In this document: positions 29,465 to 32,000 of the stretch, piece after piece
Layout of the letters: each line of letters starts with the position of its first letter
How positions within the stretch are numbered: the first letter of the stretch is position 1
Assembly: GCF_000011805.1 (NCBI RefSeq)
Contig: NC_006840.2
DNA from: Aliivibrio fischeri ES114
GTDB taxonomy: Bacteria; Pseudomonadota; Gammaproteobacteria; Enterobacterales; Vibrionaceae
DNA: 32,000 bases
Reading direction: 5' to 3' (one strand)
The notes under the pieces: model-generated
Database searches by the model: none
What the model saw: the letters and a program-made list of their open reading frames with translations, nothing else
Told to the model about the DNA's origin: nothing
Program-made: the position numbers and the translations under genes

Positions 29465-30318
29465 TGAGCTTGTCTATTGAAGCGTTATTAAAGCGCTCAA
29501 TTCAATCTCTGACGCTTGAGGGGAGTGATTCTCCTCAAGTTGATGCTGCTGTTCTTCTTTGTCATGTGTTAGATAAGCCAAGAAGTTATCTATTAACTTG
29601 GCCTGAGAAAATAGTATCAGACGAAGAGCTGGGTAATTTTAATGCGTTACTAGAGCGTCGTCTTGCTGGTGAACCGATTGCTTATATCGTGGGTTATCGT
29701 GAATTTTGGTCATTACCACTTAAGGTATCGCCAACAACATTAATCCCAAGACCTGATACCGAACGTCTGGTTGAAGTGGCATTAGATCATTTAACACCTA
29801 ATGCTCAATCCATTTTGGATTTAGGAACAGGTACAGGAGCCATTGCGTTAGCTATTGCTTCTGAAATGCCTACTCTTAATGTGATAGGTGTCGATTATCA
29901 AGACGATGCGGTTGAGTTAGCAAAAGGGAATGCGAAAATAAATCACATTAATAATGTTGAATTTAGACAAGGAAGTTGGTTTGAACCTATTTCTTTGAGT
30001 GATAAGTTCGACATTATTGTGAGTAATCCCCCTTATATTGATGGTAACGATCCTCATTTATCTGAAGGGGATGTTCGTTTTGAACCGCAAACCGCTTTGG
30101 TTGCAGAGCAAAATGGTTTTTCAGATTTAATTCACATTATGCAACACGGCCGAGAGTATTTATTAAATGGCGGTTGGTTAATGATGGAGCATGGTTTTGA
30201 ACAAGGTGAACAATTACGTCACTTTTTTGAAGAGCATGGTTATATTAATGTGAAAACAGAGCAAGATTATGCTGGCAATGACCGAGTTACTTTAGGTCAA
30301 TGGGTAGTAGATAACTAG
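29464..30318 (+). CDS. prmC: Release factor glutamine methyltransferase
   Basis: 284 aa; VLDLGTGTGAIALAIA-type motif (ILDLGTGTGAIALAIA) and VSNPPYI (NPPY motif); overlaps prfA stop by 1 nt. Confidence 0.96.
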   Translation: MSLSIEALLKRSIQSLTLEGSDSPQVDAAVLLCHVLDKPRSYLLTWPEKIVSDEELGNFNALLERRLAGEPIAYIVGYREFWSLPLKVSPTTLIPRPDTERLVEVALDHLTPNAQSILDLGTGTGAIALAIASEMPTLNVIGVDYQDDAVELAKGNAKINHINNVEFRQGSWFEPISLSDKFDIIVSNPPYIDGNDPHLSEGDVRFEPQTALVAEQNGFSDLIHIMQHGREYLLNGGWLMMEHGFEQGEQLRHFFEEHGYINVKTEQDYAGNDRVTLGQWVVDN

Positions 30319-30333
30319 AATAAAGGATAATTC

Positions 30334-30717
30334 ATGTATACCGCAGTTAAACACATACACTTATTATTAGTCGCTTGTAGCGTATTGTTTTTTGTCGTTC
30401 GCTATTGTTTGATGATGGCAAATTCTGACATTCGTAATAATGGCTTCTTTAAGCGTGTTCCTCACGTTGTTGATTCAGCAATGCTACTTAGTGGTATTTG
30501 GCTTATTTTTATTACTGGATTCATTCCATTTACGTCATCTGCACCTTGGTTAACAGAAAAAATTACCTGTATTATGGTTTACCTTGCTTTAGGTGTGGTT
30601 ACTTTAAATAATGGTAAAAACAAAGTCTTTAAGACCTTTGCATTTTTAGGTGCAATGGGTTGGTTAATGGTTGCTGCTAAAATTGCGGTAACAAAAGTAC
30701 CAACGTTCTTGGGGTAA
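30334..30717 (+). CDS. sirB2: SirB2-family membrane protein
   Basis: 127 aa, four hydrophobic segments; HVVDSAMLLSGIWLIF; between prmC and sirB1-like gene. Confidence 0.85.
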   Translation: MYTAVKHIHLLLVACSVLFFVVRYCLMMANSDIRNNGFFKRVPHVVDSAMLLSGIWLIFITGFIPFTSSAPWLTEKITCIMVYLALGVVTLNNGKNKVFKTFAFLGAMGWLMVAAKIAVTKVPTFLG

Positions 30718-30719
30718 TT

Positions 30720-32000
<1,281 letters not shown>

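Overview
This window looks like a conserved chromosomal housekeeping region from a Vibrionaceae genome, probably Aliivibrio (genus is inferred from protein similarity and gene order recalled from knowledge, not from a search). The left part is a minus-strand cell-envelope/translation block: lipA(partial)-lipB-ybeD-dacA-rlpA-mrdB(rodA)-mrdA(PBP2)-rlmH-rsfS-holA-lptE-leuS. Next come ybeL (+), then lnt-corC-ybeY-ybeZ-miaB (-), and ubiF (+). The centre (20.5-22.25 kb) is a dense minus-strand array of 14 tRNA genes: 6 Leu(TAG), 5 Gln(TTG), 3 Met(CAT). The right part is ychF, pth, prs, ispE and lolB (-), then hemA, prfA, prmC, sirB2, sirB1 and kdsA (partial) (+). I found no mobile element, CRISPR array, defence system or unknown operon. 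The best second-look signals are these. (1) The tRNA spacers carry recurring short hairpins whose copy-to-copy substitutions preserve pairing, including two compensatory double changes, inside a 265-bp tandem repeat. (2) Two tRNA-Leu isoforms differ by a compensatory acceptor-stem swap and strictly alternate along the array. (3) pth is broken by an apparent 1-nt deletion that removes the conserved N-terminal ANPG/TRHNAG region from its ORF. (4) There is a cluster of overlapping inverted repeats between leuS and lptE. (5) A sigma32-like promoter lies just downstream of a terminator, ahead of ybeZYX-lnt.
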